IMG/VR virus record: IMGVR_UViG_3300010214_000004
Span: 1-44,171 of that record
DNA: 44,171 nt
DNA from: a virus
Taxonomy: Duplodnaviria; Caudoviricetes
Reading direction: 5' to 3' (one strand)
In this document: piece after piece, positions 1-8,528 of the stretch
How positions within the stretch are numbered: position 1 is the stretch's first letter
Layout of the letters: every line of letters begins with the position of its first letter
Position numbers and translations under genes: made by a program
The notes under the pieces: model-generated
Told to the model about the DNA's origin: nothing
Databases searched by the model: none
The model's input: only the letters and a program-made list of their open reading frames with translations

Positions 1-55
1 CTGCAAGCGGCATCCATACGGCTCGGCGCTGCCGCCGTGGTTGTCCTCGTATACC
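1..55. repeat. 55-bp terminal direct repeat (assembly overlap of a circular contig)
   Basis: 1-55 is identical to 44117-44171, and an ORF reads in frame across the junction. Confidence 0.95.
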
Positions 56-252
56 GCGGCGCGAACCATCCGCGACCGCCACCAGTCAGCGGCAAGCCGC
101 TCGGGGGTGGCGAAGATCAGGCGGGAGCGGAGGCTACCGACGGCCAGCGCCAACCTCTGCCTGTAACTCTGCCTCGGCTCGGCGCACTGTCGGCACGCGC
201 GGCCGGTGGCAACGGCATAGCACCGGCGGCATAGCCAGCCGGGGGCGGTCAC
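1..252 (-). CDS. 5' part of a junction-spanning 137-aa protein with an N-terminal Zn finger (not in ORF track)
   Basis: GTG at 252 overlaps the upstream stop (GTGA); translates MTAPGWLCRRCYAVATGRACRQCAEPR... and stays open across the junction to TGA at 43955. Confidence 0.7.
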   Translation of the reverse strand, partial: MTAPGWLCRRCYAVATGRACRQCAEPRQSYRQRLALAVGSLRSRLIFATPERLAADWWRSRMVRAAVYEDNHGGSAEPYGCRLQ

Positions 253-524
253 TTCCCACCCCCGACGCGGGCTAGGGCGGTGCGCAAGGTTTCAACCGAC
301 AGCGGGTTGCTACGGTTGATTCGATCCTCATGCTGACCGCAGGTGATGGCTACGTTCACAGCATGAGCGGCACGGATCAGCTCGGCGATGGCGGCGCGGG
401 CTTGTTCATACTCTCTCACGCCGGGGTAGTGCTTATCTCCCGTCATGGCACCGCGCCGATATGCGCCCATAGCGGCGGCATCCAGCACCGCCAGCACGTC
501 CACGGGTTCGGGGCGAGCGCTCAC
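249..524 (-). CDS. hypothetical early protein
   Basis: 91 aa; GTGA coupling to both neighbours. Confidence 0.8.
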   Translation of the reverse strand: MSARPEPVDVLAVLDAAAMGAYRRGAMTGDKHYPGVREYEQARAAIAELIRAAHAVNVAITCGQHEDRINRSNPLSVETLRTALARVGGGK

Positions 525-697
525 AGTGCACCCCCTGCGGCACGCTTGGCCGCCCGATAGGCGTCCTCAGCCGCATTCATGGCGCGGCAGCACGGTTCAT
601 GCTCGCCATCGGGGTTTTCGTAGTCCCAATGCGGGCAACGTTCCTGTGCTGCCAGGTAGTCGTGATGCAGGGCGATCAGTGGGGCGGTGCGGGGCAT
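521..697 (-). CDS. hypothetical 58-aa early protein (not in ORF track)
   Basis: MPRTAPLIALHHDYLAAQERCPHWDYENPDGEHEPCCRAM...; GGAG RBS; stop overlaps next start. Confidence 0.75.
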   Translation of the reverse strand: MPRTAPLIALHHDYLAAQERCPHWDYENPDGEHEPCCRAMNAAEDAYRAAKRAAGGAL

Positions 698-719
698 GTC
701 GGGCTCCGTGGTGGCGGTG

Positions 720-1037
720 TGGAAGAATTAGAGCATTAGAGCATCCGTGCGATCAACGTTAGAATTAGAACAATGTGTTCTAACAATTGACGGTTTTGTT
801 AGAGCATGTCAAGATGTCAATGGCGTTTTCCGTACCAATTGCACGTCATTGGTATGTTAGATAAACGCAAGTTAAATGAATAGGGGTGTTGTTAGATCAT
901 GTCAAGAAAAATATACGTAGGAAGATTGACGTAAATTTTCATATATATATACCCACTCTCCACGGTTTTATATGTAAAGAGCATCATGCAATTCTTGACA
1001 CGATCTAACTCTAACGTTTTGACACTTTTGTGCTAAT
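720..1037. other. AT-rich intergenic region with iteron-like repeats; putative replication origin and divergence point
   Basis: 17-mer GTTAGA(G/T)C(A/G)TGTCAAGA at 798-814, 891-907 and inverted at 993-1009; extra TTAGA/TCTAA and TGTCAA/TTGAC half-sites; AT run at 941-951. Confidence 0.6.
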
Positions 1038-1571
1038 ATGCCGCGCATGGGCAGATTCAATGACGTGAAGAAAATCGTAGGGGCCAGGTTGTGCCCCCAG
1101 CAGCCGATTCAATCCGACATCGGCGGACGCTGGTCATACCCCTGGGCCGACATGCAGCCTGGCGACGTTATCGTGGTCCCCGACCCGTCCCGCCGCGCGC
1201 GCAGCGCGCTGACGGCGGCAGCGGCTCAATGGACGAAGCGCCACGGCGCGCTGTTCGCAACAGGAGTTGACTGGGACGTTGACGTATGGCCGCATGTTCG
1301 CCGCGGGTGGTGGTGCGCCCGCGTTGACGGGTGCGAGATTCTTCCGCCCGATCCGCCCGAACTGAGCGAACTGAGGGCGACGATTAGGGCAGAGAAGCAC
1401 GCCAGCGGACGCATGGAGCGGGCGCGGTCCGGGAAGACGAAGCGGGCACGGCGGCAGCGGATCGAGCCCATAGCCCCGCTGGTCACGGCTACCGAATGGA
1501 GCCAGCCGGTGGCCGCGCCAGAGGTGTACGCCGAATGGGACAAGCCGCGCGAACCGGGGGAGGTGTTCTAA
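1038..1571 (+). CDS. hypothetical protein, possibly DNA-binding
   Basis: 177 aa; YPWADMQPGD motif of a small phage family; basic C-terminal half. Confidence 0.7.
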   Translation: MPRMGRFNDVKKIVGARLCPQQPIQSDIGGRWSYPWADMQPGDVIVVPDPSRRARSALTAAAAQWTKRHGALFATGVDWDVDVWPHVRRGWWCARVDGCEILPPDPPELSELRATIRAEKHASGRMERARSGKTKRARRQRIEPIAPLVTATEWSQPVAAPEVYAEWDKPREPGEVF

Positions 1572-1573
1572 CT

Positions 1574-1666
1574 ATGCCGCTGCCGCCAGCCTATGCCGCC
1601 ATCCTCGCCTGCCTGCTGGCCGCGATCCGTGCCGCGTGGCGGCGCAGTGATACCCTGTCGGCATGA
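1574..1666 (+). CDS. possible 30-aa hydrophobic peptide
   Basis: MPLPPAYAAILACLLAAIRAAWRRSDTLSA*; ATGA overlap with terS; no clear RBS. Confidence 0.3.
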   Translation: MPLPPAYAAILACLLAAIRAAWRRSDTLSA

Positions 1667-2175
1667 CCTCACTCCGCCGCTACGTCCGCGACCTACGCCG
1701 AGCCCCGCCGCTTGATTGGGACGTGGCTGAACAGGTGGCGATGATGATCGATGCTGGGACGCCCCTGTCTGCTATCGGCGACATTGCCGGTATGCCGCCG
1801 TATTGGGTCGTGAATCTATGGCGGCGCGAGTCGCCGGAGTTTGACGAGCTGATCGTCGCCGCGTCTGAAGCGCGGGCAGAGCGGATGCTGGACGAAACAA
1901 TCAGCATCGCGGACGACGTGGAGCGGTCGCCTGCCTGCCGCGAGGTGTCCATCCGTGCGCGCATGGCTGCCATGAAGGTCTATAACCGCAAGCGCTTCGA
2001 CCCCGCGCTGAAGGTAGAGGTAGAGGCACGGACGCAGGTGGGGGATAGCATGACCACGGCGGAGCTGGAGCGGCTGGTGGCTGAGCAGAGGCGGGCGCGG
2101 CTACAGGCTGAGGCCGTGGACGCGACCCCGGAGACCCCCGCTTTGCCTGGACCGGGGGCGTTGAGCGGGGAGTAG
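1663..2175 (+). CDS. terS: terminase small subunit (Sf6-like)
   Basis: GMP..V..W...PEF...DETISIAD pattern; upstream of terL. Confidence 0.8.
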   Translation: MTSLRRYVRDLRRAPPLDWDVAEQVAMMIDAGTPLSAIGDIAGMPPYWVVNLWRRESPEFDELIVAASEARAERMLDETISIADDVERSPACREVSIRARMAAMKVYNRKRFDPALKVEVEARTQVGDSMTTAELERLVAEQRRARLQAEAVDATPETPALPGPGALSGE

Positions 2176-2205
2176 CTTCTGCAAACCCCACACTCCCGAG
2201 ACCCA

Positions 2206-2234
2206 TTTTCAAGGGGTTTAAGGCGTGGTATAGT
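2206..2234 (+). promoter_or_regulatory. sigma70-type promoter with AGGGGTT motif
   Basis: TTTTCA-17-TATAGT with extended TG; spacer starts AGGGGTT. Confidence 0.55.
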
Positions 2235-2260
2235 CGGCTCACCACAACAGGAATATCCGC

Positions 2261-2542
2261 ATGACCTCGATTGACAAGACGCTCGCCGAGCGCGGCAGTC
2301 GCTACGGTGATTTCACGCAGCATGCTGAGATCGCGCAGGACATACAGGACGCGATGCGTAAGAACCCTCGGTGGGGTTGCTTGCGGCCGACGCAGAAGCA
2401 GGCATTGACGGTGATCGCCGACAAGATCGCGCGAATCATCTCTGGCGACCCGGATTACGCCGACAACTGGCACGACATTCAGGGGTATGCTCGACTGGTG
2501 GAGGAGCGGCTGCCCATCACTCACCCCCTTGACAACCCCTAA
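2261..2542 (+). CDS. DUF6378-like phage protein
   Basis: ERGSRYGDF...KIARI.SGDP.Y.DNWHDI.GYA signature. Confidence 0.85.
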   Translation: MTSIDKTLAERGSRYGDFTQHAEIAQDIQDAMRKNPRWGCLRPTQKQALTVIADKIARIISGDPDYADNWHDIQGYARLVEERLPITHPLDNP

Positions 2543-2557
2543 CTAGCGCTGCACACT
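2529..2557 (+). promoter_or_regulatory. sigma70-type promoter
   Basis: TTGACA-17-CACACT, flanked by CCCCT/AACCCCT. Confidence 0.6.
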
Positions 2558-2593
2558 CACTCTCGCCACCCACGGCAGACTACGGAGACACCC

Positions 2594-3103
2594 ATGACCA
2601 CCACCCCAGACTCCCGCATACGCGATGACTGGACGCTGCCGGCGGAGACTGCTGCGCCGCCGCCGACTCTGGGCGCCATCGACACCTACACCACTGCTGG
2701 GAAGATTGCGGTGATGCAGGCCGCCGAGCGCGGTGAGCGCATCGAATCCACGCCACGCAACCCGCGAGACCACGCCTTTGGGCTGTGGTCTACCGTCACC
2801 GACATGGCATGGAACTGGGGGCTGCAGGACTATCGCATCGCCCCGCCTCCTGCGCCGATGACGGCGTTGCAGCGGGCGCGCGAACGCACGATGGTCGTTA
2901 TCGTTGACGAAGCTACTCCTGGAGATGTTCAGTTGGCTATGCTGGTTCGAGAGGTCGACTCCTCCCCTCTCGTCATAATCAGCATGCGGACTGTAGGCCT
3001 TGGTGATGAGGCGAGCCCATATCCAACCATCGTGCACCTGGTCGATGGTGACCCCAAGGCAATGCAACCCGGCCGCTACCGACTCGTGAGGGATGACGCC
3101 TGA
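2594..3103 (+). CDS. hypothetical protein
   Basis: 169 aa; GGAG RBS; KIAVMQA...WNW..DYRI motif. Confidence 0.8.
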   Translation: MTTTPDSRIRDDWTLPAETAAPPPTLGAIDTYTTAGKIAVMQAAERGERIESTPRNPRDHAFGLWSTVTDMAWNWGLQDYRIAPPPAPMTALQRARERTMVVIVDEATPGDVQLAMLVREVDSSPLVIISMRTVGLGDEASPYPTIVHLVDGDPKAMQPGRYRLVRDDA

Positions 3104-4767
3104 GCGCCCTCACCCCCCACGAACTCCTCCTGCTCCGCCGTCGCGCGCAGGAGCGGCTGGCTGATTACATGGGCTACATCGAAGTCCCAGGTCGCCCGCT
3201 TGACGAGGAGAGCGATCTGTATGCGCAGGTCGAGACGTCGATGGCGATACACCATCGCGTCATGTGCGACGCGATCCAGCGGACGATGGAAAAGCGCTAC
3301 GGACGCTTGATGATCTTCGCACCTCCGGGTAGCAGCAAATCCACCGCCGTCAGCATCGTCGCGCCGACTTGGGGCATGGGGAAGTGGCCGGGGAAGCGAT
3401 ACATCATCTCTGGGCACAACTCCGACATCGCCACCACGCAGTCGAAAAAGGCTCGCTCCATCTGCAAAACCACACGGTATCAGACGCTATTCGATGCCTC
3501 CATTCCCGCTGACCAACGTGCCGCAGATGAGTGGGCGCTTACGAACAAAAGCACTATGATTGCTGGCGGTATTTTGAGCGGAATCGCTGGCCACCGTGTT
3601 GATGGAATATTTTTCGATGACCCCCATCCTTCACGCGAAGCCGCAGAGTCGGAAACTCAGCGCAAAAAGGTGTGGGAGGAATGGCGCGACAACCTGCGTA
3701 ACCGCGTGACGCCCGGCGGATTCGTGATCGGTATCTTGACTCGGTGGCACCAACAGGACTGGGCAGGAATGATCCTGCCTGAAGACTGGAAGGGTGAGAG
3801 CGGGGTATTCCGCGGCACAGACGGCCTCGACTGGGAAGTGCTGTGCCTGAAGGCGAAGATCGAGACCGAGGAGGACGCGGCCACCGACCCGCTCGGCCGC
3901 GCCGTCGGTGAGTACATCTGGCCCGAGTGGTTCACCCTGCAGCACTGGCAGCAGAAAGACCCGGCACTTGGCGCCCGTGACGCGAACACCCCGTCCGGGC
4001 GCCGGTCCTGGTATTCGATGGAGCAGCAGGTGCCGCACCCCGACGACGGCGTGCTGTTCCGTCGCGAGGATTTCATGTGGTACGACCCCGAGGAGGAGAT
4101 GCCGCGGGCGCTGAAGCTGTACGCCGCCGGCGACTGGGCCACCACCGATGACCTGCTGAAGCCCGACCCCGATTGGACGGAGGTCGGCATCGGCGGATGG
4201 ACTGACGGGCGCGACCACGACGGCGTGCCGCAGCTGTTTTTCGTGGACTGGTATCGAGAGCGCAAGGACATCGACGTCACGGTGCCGAAGTTCCTGCGGC
4301 TGATCGACAAGTACCGCAATCGGCTGCGGGGCTACTTCGGCGAGCAGGGCGTCATCGAGACCCTGCTGTGGCCCACCGTCACCCGAGACGCGCGGGACGC
4401 CAAGCCGCGGCGCATCATCCTGCCGCCCCGGACGCTGCTGAAGACCGCCGGGCAGGGCAACAAAGTCGTCAAAGCCGGCGCGTTTAGGAAATTGGTCGAG
4501 GAGCGCCGCGTCTGGCTGCCCATCGGTGCCGCATGGGCCGAGCACTTGGTTGACCAGTGCTGCGCCTTCCCCGGCGGCGCGCACGACGACGCCGTGGACG
4601 TCGGCGCGCTGTTCGGCCGGGCGCAGGATCAGATGCTCAACGCCCCCGGTCCCGCGGTCGCCGCCGCCCGCGAGCCCGCCCTGACGCCCTTGACCTACGA
4701 ATGGCACGAGCGGATGATGCGGGACGAAGCCGCCGAGAAGGCGCGGCTGCGGGAGGAGTTTGAGTGA
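3100..4767 (+). CDS. terL: terminase large subunit (probable CTG start at 3100; first ATG at 3169)
   Basis: Walker A APPGSSKST, Walker B IFFDDP, coupling motif LTRWH, nuclease AAGD and FPGGAHDDAVD. Confidence 0.95.
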   Translation: MSALTPHELLLLRRRAQERLADYMGYIEVPGRPLDEESDLYAQVETSMAIHHRVMCDAIQRTMEKRYGRLMIFAPPGSSKSTAVSIVAPTWGMGKWPGKRYIISGHNSDIATTQSKKARSICKTTRYQTLFDASIPADQRAADEWALTNKSTMIAGGILSGIAGHRVDGIFFDDPHPSREAAESETQRKKVWEEWRDNLRNRVTPGGFVIGILTRWHQQDWAGMILPEDWKGESGVFRGTDGLDWEVLCLKAKIETEEDAATDPLGRAVGEYIWPEWFTLQHWQQKDPALGARDANTPSGRRSWYSMEQQVPHPDDGVLFRREDFMWYDPEEEMPRALKLYAAGDWATTDDLLKPDPDWTEVGIGGWTDGRDHDGVPQLFFVDWYRERKDIDVTVPKFLRLIDKYRNRLRGYFGEQGVIETLLWPTVTRDARDAKPRRIILPPRTLLKTAGQGNKVVKAGAFRKLVEERRVWLPIGAAWAEHLVDQCCAFPGGAHDDAVDVGALFGRAQDQMLNAPGPAVAAAREPALTPLTYEWHERMMRDEAAEKARLREEFE

Positions 4768-4952
4768 TGTTCAGCGCCCAGGACGTGATGGACGTCTTCC
4801 ATGCCCGCGCATTCCACGAGGACTGCAAGCGGCTGTGTGACTCCCTGCGCATCCCGTACTACGAGATCGAGCCAGCCTCATCGCTCAACGCCCTCGCCAT
4901 CCAATACAGCCGCGGCGACTTCGCCCGCTACCACAACGTGAGCCTCCACTGA
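4764..4952 (+). CDS. hypothetical protein
   Basis: 62 aa; overlaps terL stop and portal start; GGAGG RBS. Confidence 0.7.
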   Translation: MMFSAQDVMDVFHARAFHEDCKRLCDSLRIPYYEIEPASSLNALAIQYSRGDFARYHNVSLH

Positions 4953-7258
4953 TGGCAACCGAGCCCCTGCCCCCCGAAGCCGAAGCGGTCATCCAGACCG
5001 GCATGGACGCCGCCGCCGTCGAGGACGGCATCCCCGACGAGCAGGCCGAGGCGCGCAAGGAGGAGAAGGCCCAGGTCGAGCGGTGGCTGAACGAGATCAA
5101 GGAGGCCCGCGAGTTCGACAAGGAGGTCTGGCGCGAGATCGCCACCGACCGCGGGTATGCTGCGGGGTTGTCGGCCCACGACGTTTCGGTGAACCTGATC
5201 GGCAGCGCGATCGACGTCATGAAGTCGTTCCTGTACGCCAGGAACCCCGACGTCGCCGTCGTTCCGGCGCGCCAGACCTCCCTTCCTACCATTGAGCGCC
5301 CGGTCGCGCCGATCCCGCCCGAAGACCCCACGCAGCGCATCGCGGCCATGACCGCGCAGACCGCGCCGGACATCCCCGGCGCCAGCCTGCTGACCGACCC
5401 GGCCGTGCAGCAGTCGCTCGGGCCTATCCTGAGCAAGTACCAGCTCGATCTGGCGAACTACCAGCAGGAGCAGGCGATCTACCAGGCCGCCACCATGGCC
5501 TACACCTCCGAGATGCAGCGCCGCCGGCAGATGCGCGAGCTGCGCAAGCGATTCTCCGAGACGTTGGAAATCCTGATCTCGAAGGCATGGGCGCTGGCCG
5601 ACCTGAAGGGTGAGGTGCGCACCGCTGTAGGCGCCACGCTGACGGCGAAGATCGGTTGGATGAAGCTGGCCTGGCACGAGGACCGCGGGCTGGACCCGGT
5701 GTCCACGAAGAAACTGGCCTCGCTGCAGGAAAACATCGCGCTGATCGACAAGCTGCGCGCGAAGGTGGCCGAAGGGTCGGAGACGCCGAACCTTGACGCA
5801 GTGCGGCAGGAGTTGACCGAGACCATCGCCGGCCTGCAGGCCGCCACCGAGGTGATCACCGCGCGCGGTCTGCTGATCGACTCGGTGCCGGCCGAGGACA
5901 TGACCGTGCCGATCGGCGTCACGCGCGTGGCGGCCGCCACTGGCTGCGCGCCGTGGCTGGCACAGCGCGTGTTCATGCTCGAATCGCAGGCGTGCGTCGA
6001 TTTCCCTGACGTGCCGAAGGATTGCTGGAAGAAAGCCACGCGCTACAGCCAGCGCAAGCCGAAGATGTCGCTGCGCGTGGACGTGGTTGACCACCCGAGC
6101 ATCGCGGTCGCATCGGATCAGGACGCCAGCCAGTTCTACCAAGGCACCGACGGAAAAGTGTCTGAGATGGTGGCTGGCGATGGCGACTTCCTGTGCTTCC
6201 ACGAGATCTGGGACAAGAAGGCGAACATGGTCCGCACTGTGTGCGAGGGCGTGGATCGCTACGTCCGCGTGCCGCACGCGCCTGAGATCGCGGTGACGCG
6301 CTTCTACCCCTTCTACAACATGGCCTTTGTCGAGGCTGACGGCCTGCGCTACCCGCAGTCGTTGGTGCAGCGCAGCCGCGGGCTGCAGGACGAGTACAAC
6401 GCTCGCCGCAGTGCTCTGAAGAAGCAGCGGGCGCGGGCGAAGCAGGGCATCTTGGCGGACGCTACGGCGCTGGACAAAGATGAGGCCGGCAAGATCAACA
6501 CGTCGGTCGAGGGTGAGACGACCTACGTCCACACTGTCGGCAACGTCAAGTCGCTGCAGAACGTCTTCATGGCAAAGCCCGTCGTCCAGCTCGACCCTGC
6601 CCTGTACGAGGTCGAGTCTGTGCGCCGCGACTTCGAGGAGATGTGGGGAATCCAGCAGGCGCTGCAGGGTGGCATCCAGAAAGAGCAGACCGCCACCGAG
6701 GCCGACATCCAGCAGCAGGGCTTTGCCGCGCGCACCAACTTCATGCGCGAGCCGCTGGAATCGATGCTGCAGGAGATGGCCGTGGCGACGGCTGAGATCC
6801 TACTGCAACGCCTCACGCTGGAGGACGCACGCGAGTACGCGGGCGAAGGGGCCGAGTGGCCTGAGGCGGCGACCGTGGCCGACCTTGCCACGCTGGTGAA
6901 CGTGCAGATCAAGGCTGGCAGCACAGGGAAGCCGAACACCGCCTCCGAGCGCAATGCTTGGAACAACACTGCGCCTGTTCTGACGCAGATGGTCGAGAAG
7001 ATCGGCATGCTCCGCGGTGCATCGCCGCAGGCTGTGGCCGACAGCCTCCAGCGCATCGCCGAGATCACCCTGCAGCTCTCCGGCAGTAGCGTGAACGCCG
7101 AGGAAGTGATCCCGCAGGAATCCATGCCTACCGTCGACCCGGCGCAGCAGCAACCCGGCGCTGCGCCGATGGAAGGCCCTGCGCCTACGGCGGGCGCCCC
7201 CGAAGCACCGACGCCGCCTGCTGGCCCCGGCCCGGCGGCCGCACCGCCACCCATGTAA
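4952..7258 (+). CDS. portal protein
   Basis: 768 aa after terL; FHEIWDK, FYPF and TATEA motifs; Pro-rich tail. Confidence 0.88.
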   Translation: MATEPLPPEAEAVIQTGMDAAAVEDGIPDEQAEARKEEKAQVERWLNEIKEAREFDKEVWREIATDRGYAAGLSAHDVSVNLIGSAIDVMKSFLYARNPDVAVVPARQTSLPTIERPVAPIPPEDPTQRIAAMTAQTAPDIPGASLLTDPAVQQSLGPILSKYQLDLANYQQEQAIYQAATMAYTSEMQRRRQMRELRKRFSETLEILISKAWALADLKGEVRTAVGATLTAKIGWMKLAWHEDRGLDPVSTKKLASLQENIALIDKLRAKVAEGSETPNLDAVRQELTETIAGLQAATEVITARGLLIDSVPAEDMTVPIGVTRVAAATGCAPWLAQRVFMLESQACVDFPDVPKDCWKKATRYSQRKPKMSLRVDVVDHPSIAVASDQDASQFYQGTDGKVSEMVAGDGDFLCFHEIWDKKANMVRTVCEGVDRYVRVPHAPEIAVTRFYPFYNMAFVEADGLRYPQSLVQRSRGLQDEYNARRSALKKQRARAKQGILADATALDKDEAGKINTSVEGETTYVHTVGNVKSLQNVFMAKPVVQLDPALYEVESVRRDFEEMWGIQQALQGGIQKEQTATEADIQQQGFAARTNFMREPLESMLQEMAVATAEILLQRLTLEDAREYAGEGAEWPEAATVADLATLVNVQIKAGSTGKPNTASERNAWNNTAPVLTQMVEKIGMLRGASPQAVADSLQRIAEITLQLSGSSVNAEEVIPQESMPTVDPAQQQPGAAPMEGPAPTAGAPEAPTPPAGPGPAAAPPPM

Positions 7259-7284
7259 CCACCCACCCGTGACTGGAGATACAC

Positions 7285-8379
7285 ATGCCTGACCCGACCG
7301 AGAACCTGCCGGCTGAGCCGGCTGCACCTGCTGCCGAGCCGACCGAAGCCGAACGCATGGAGGCCGTATTCGAGACCGCCACCGCCGAGGCTGACGCGCA
7401 GGAGCCTGCGCCGCCTGCTGGCGACGGAGATGAGCCGCCGGTTGCCGAGGAGCCTGTTGACGCCGCGGCTGAGCCCGCGGCAGCCGCCGCCGACGAGCCA
7501 CCGGCCGCCGCCGCCACACCCGAGGAGCAGGACGAGGCCGACGCGAAGGCGCTTGGGTTCAAGAACCAGCGCGCGAACGCGGAGTTCAAGCGCATGCGCG
7601 CAGAACTGCGGGAGCTGACGCCGCTGCGCGAGAAGCTGCCGGAGTTGGAGGCCCGTGCCGGCCAGTGGGGCGAACTCCACGGCTACCTGACACAAAACAA
7701 GATCACCCCGGAGCGGTTCAAGCAGGGCATGACCATGACGGCCGCACTGTCGTCAGATGACCCGGCGATCCTGGCGAAGGCGCGCGAGGGGCTTCAGTGG
7801 GAGCTGCGCGAGCTGAACAAGCGCCTTGGCATCGCCGGAGACGGCTACGACCCGCTGGCCGAGCAAGGCAACGCCGACCTGGCCGAGGCCGTGCGCAACG
7901 AGGAGATGACGCCTGAGCGGGCGCAGGCGATCGCGCGCGAGCGAAAGGAAGCCGCGCACTACCGAACGCAGCACCAGCAGACGCAGCAGCAGGCGCAGGA
8001 AGCAGCTGAGCGCCAGAACGCGGTGCAGGCTGCTGCGCAGGAGCTTGACGCGATCCAAGCCGAGTACGAGAAGATCGATCCGCAGTTCGCCGCCAAGGCC
8101 GACATCCTCGTTCGCACGCTGAAGCCGGTGTTCGCCAAGCTTCCTCCTGCCGAGTGGGCTGGCGCGTTCCGGGAGGCGTACCGGGAGTTGGTGCTTCCGG
8201 CTGCCGCCGCCGCGGCTCCAGCCGCCCCTGCCCGCCCCGCCCCCCTGCGTAACCAACCGCTCCGCGCCAGCGCGATGCCTCCCGGCGGCGCCGCGGCGCC
8301 CGCATCCACCCCGGACGACATCATGCGCAAGGCGCTGGAACAGGCCGCGGCAATGGATGGCGTTCCGTTCAGGGGTTGA
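7285..8379 (+). CDS. capsid scaffolding protein
   Basis: Acidic Ala/Pro-rich N-terminus and coiled coil; between portal and capsid. Confidence 0.8.
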   Translation: MPDPTENLPAEPAAPAAEPTEAERMEAVFETATAEADAQEPAPPAGDGDEPPVAEEPVDAAAEPAAAAADEPPAAAATPEEQDEADAKALGFKNQRANAEFKRMRAELRELTPLREKLPELEARAGQWGELHGYLTQNKITPERFKQGMTMTAALSSDDPAILAKAREGLQWELRELNKRLGIAGDGYDPLAEQGNADLAEAVRNEEMTPERAQAIARERKEAAHYRTQHQQTQQQAQEAAERQNAVQAAAQELDAIQAEYEKIDPQFAAKADILVRTLKPVFAKLPPAEWAGAFREAYRELVLPAAAAAAPAAPARPAPLRNQPLRASAMPPGGAAAPASTPDDIMRKALEQAAAMDGVPFRG

Positions 8380-8403
8380 CAGCGCCTCGCGGGCGTGTAA
8401 CGT
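8376..8403 (+). promoter_or_regulatory. sigma70-type promoter for the capsid operon
   Basis: AGGGG-TTGACA-16-TAACGT. Confidence 0.6.
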
Positions 8404-8528
8404 ATGCACCGCGGCCCCGCAATGGGGCCACGGTCCAAGGCCGGGGATGACCTCCCGGAAGCGCCCATGATCGAGAGGTGGCGCGGCTCAAATCGAAGTG
8501 TTCACCCCTTCCCTTTGGAGCTACCACC

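Noticed and set aside
1-55. Terminal repeat as a biological DTR
   Set aside because: 55 bp equals a common assembler k-mer and the repeat falls mid-gene, so it is an assembly overlap
720-1037. CRISPR-like array
   Set aside because: Repeats are short, irregularly spaced and in both orientations; no cas genes
8478-8528. Upstream GTG start for the capsid
   Set aside because: ATG 8529 has a well-spaced GGAG; the extension lies in the structured leader
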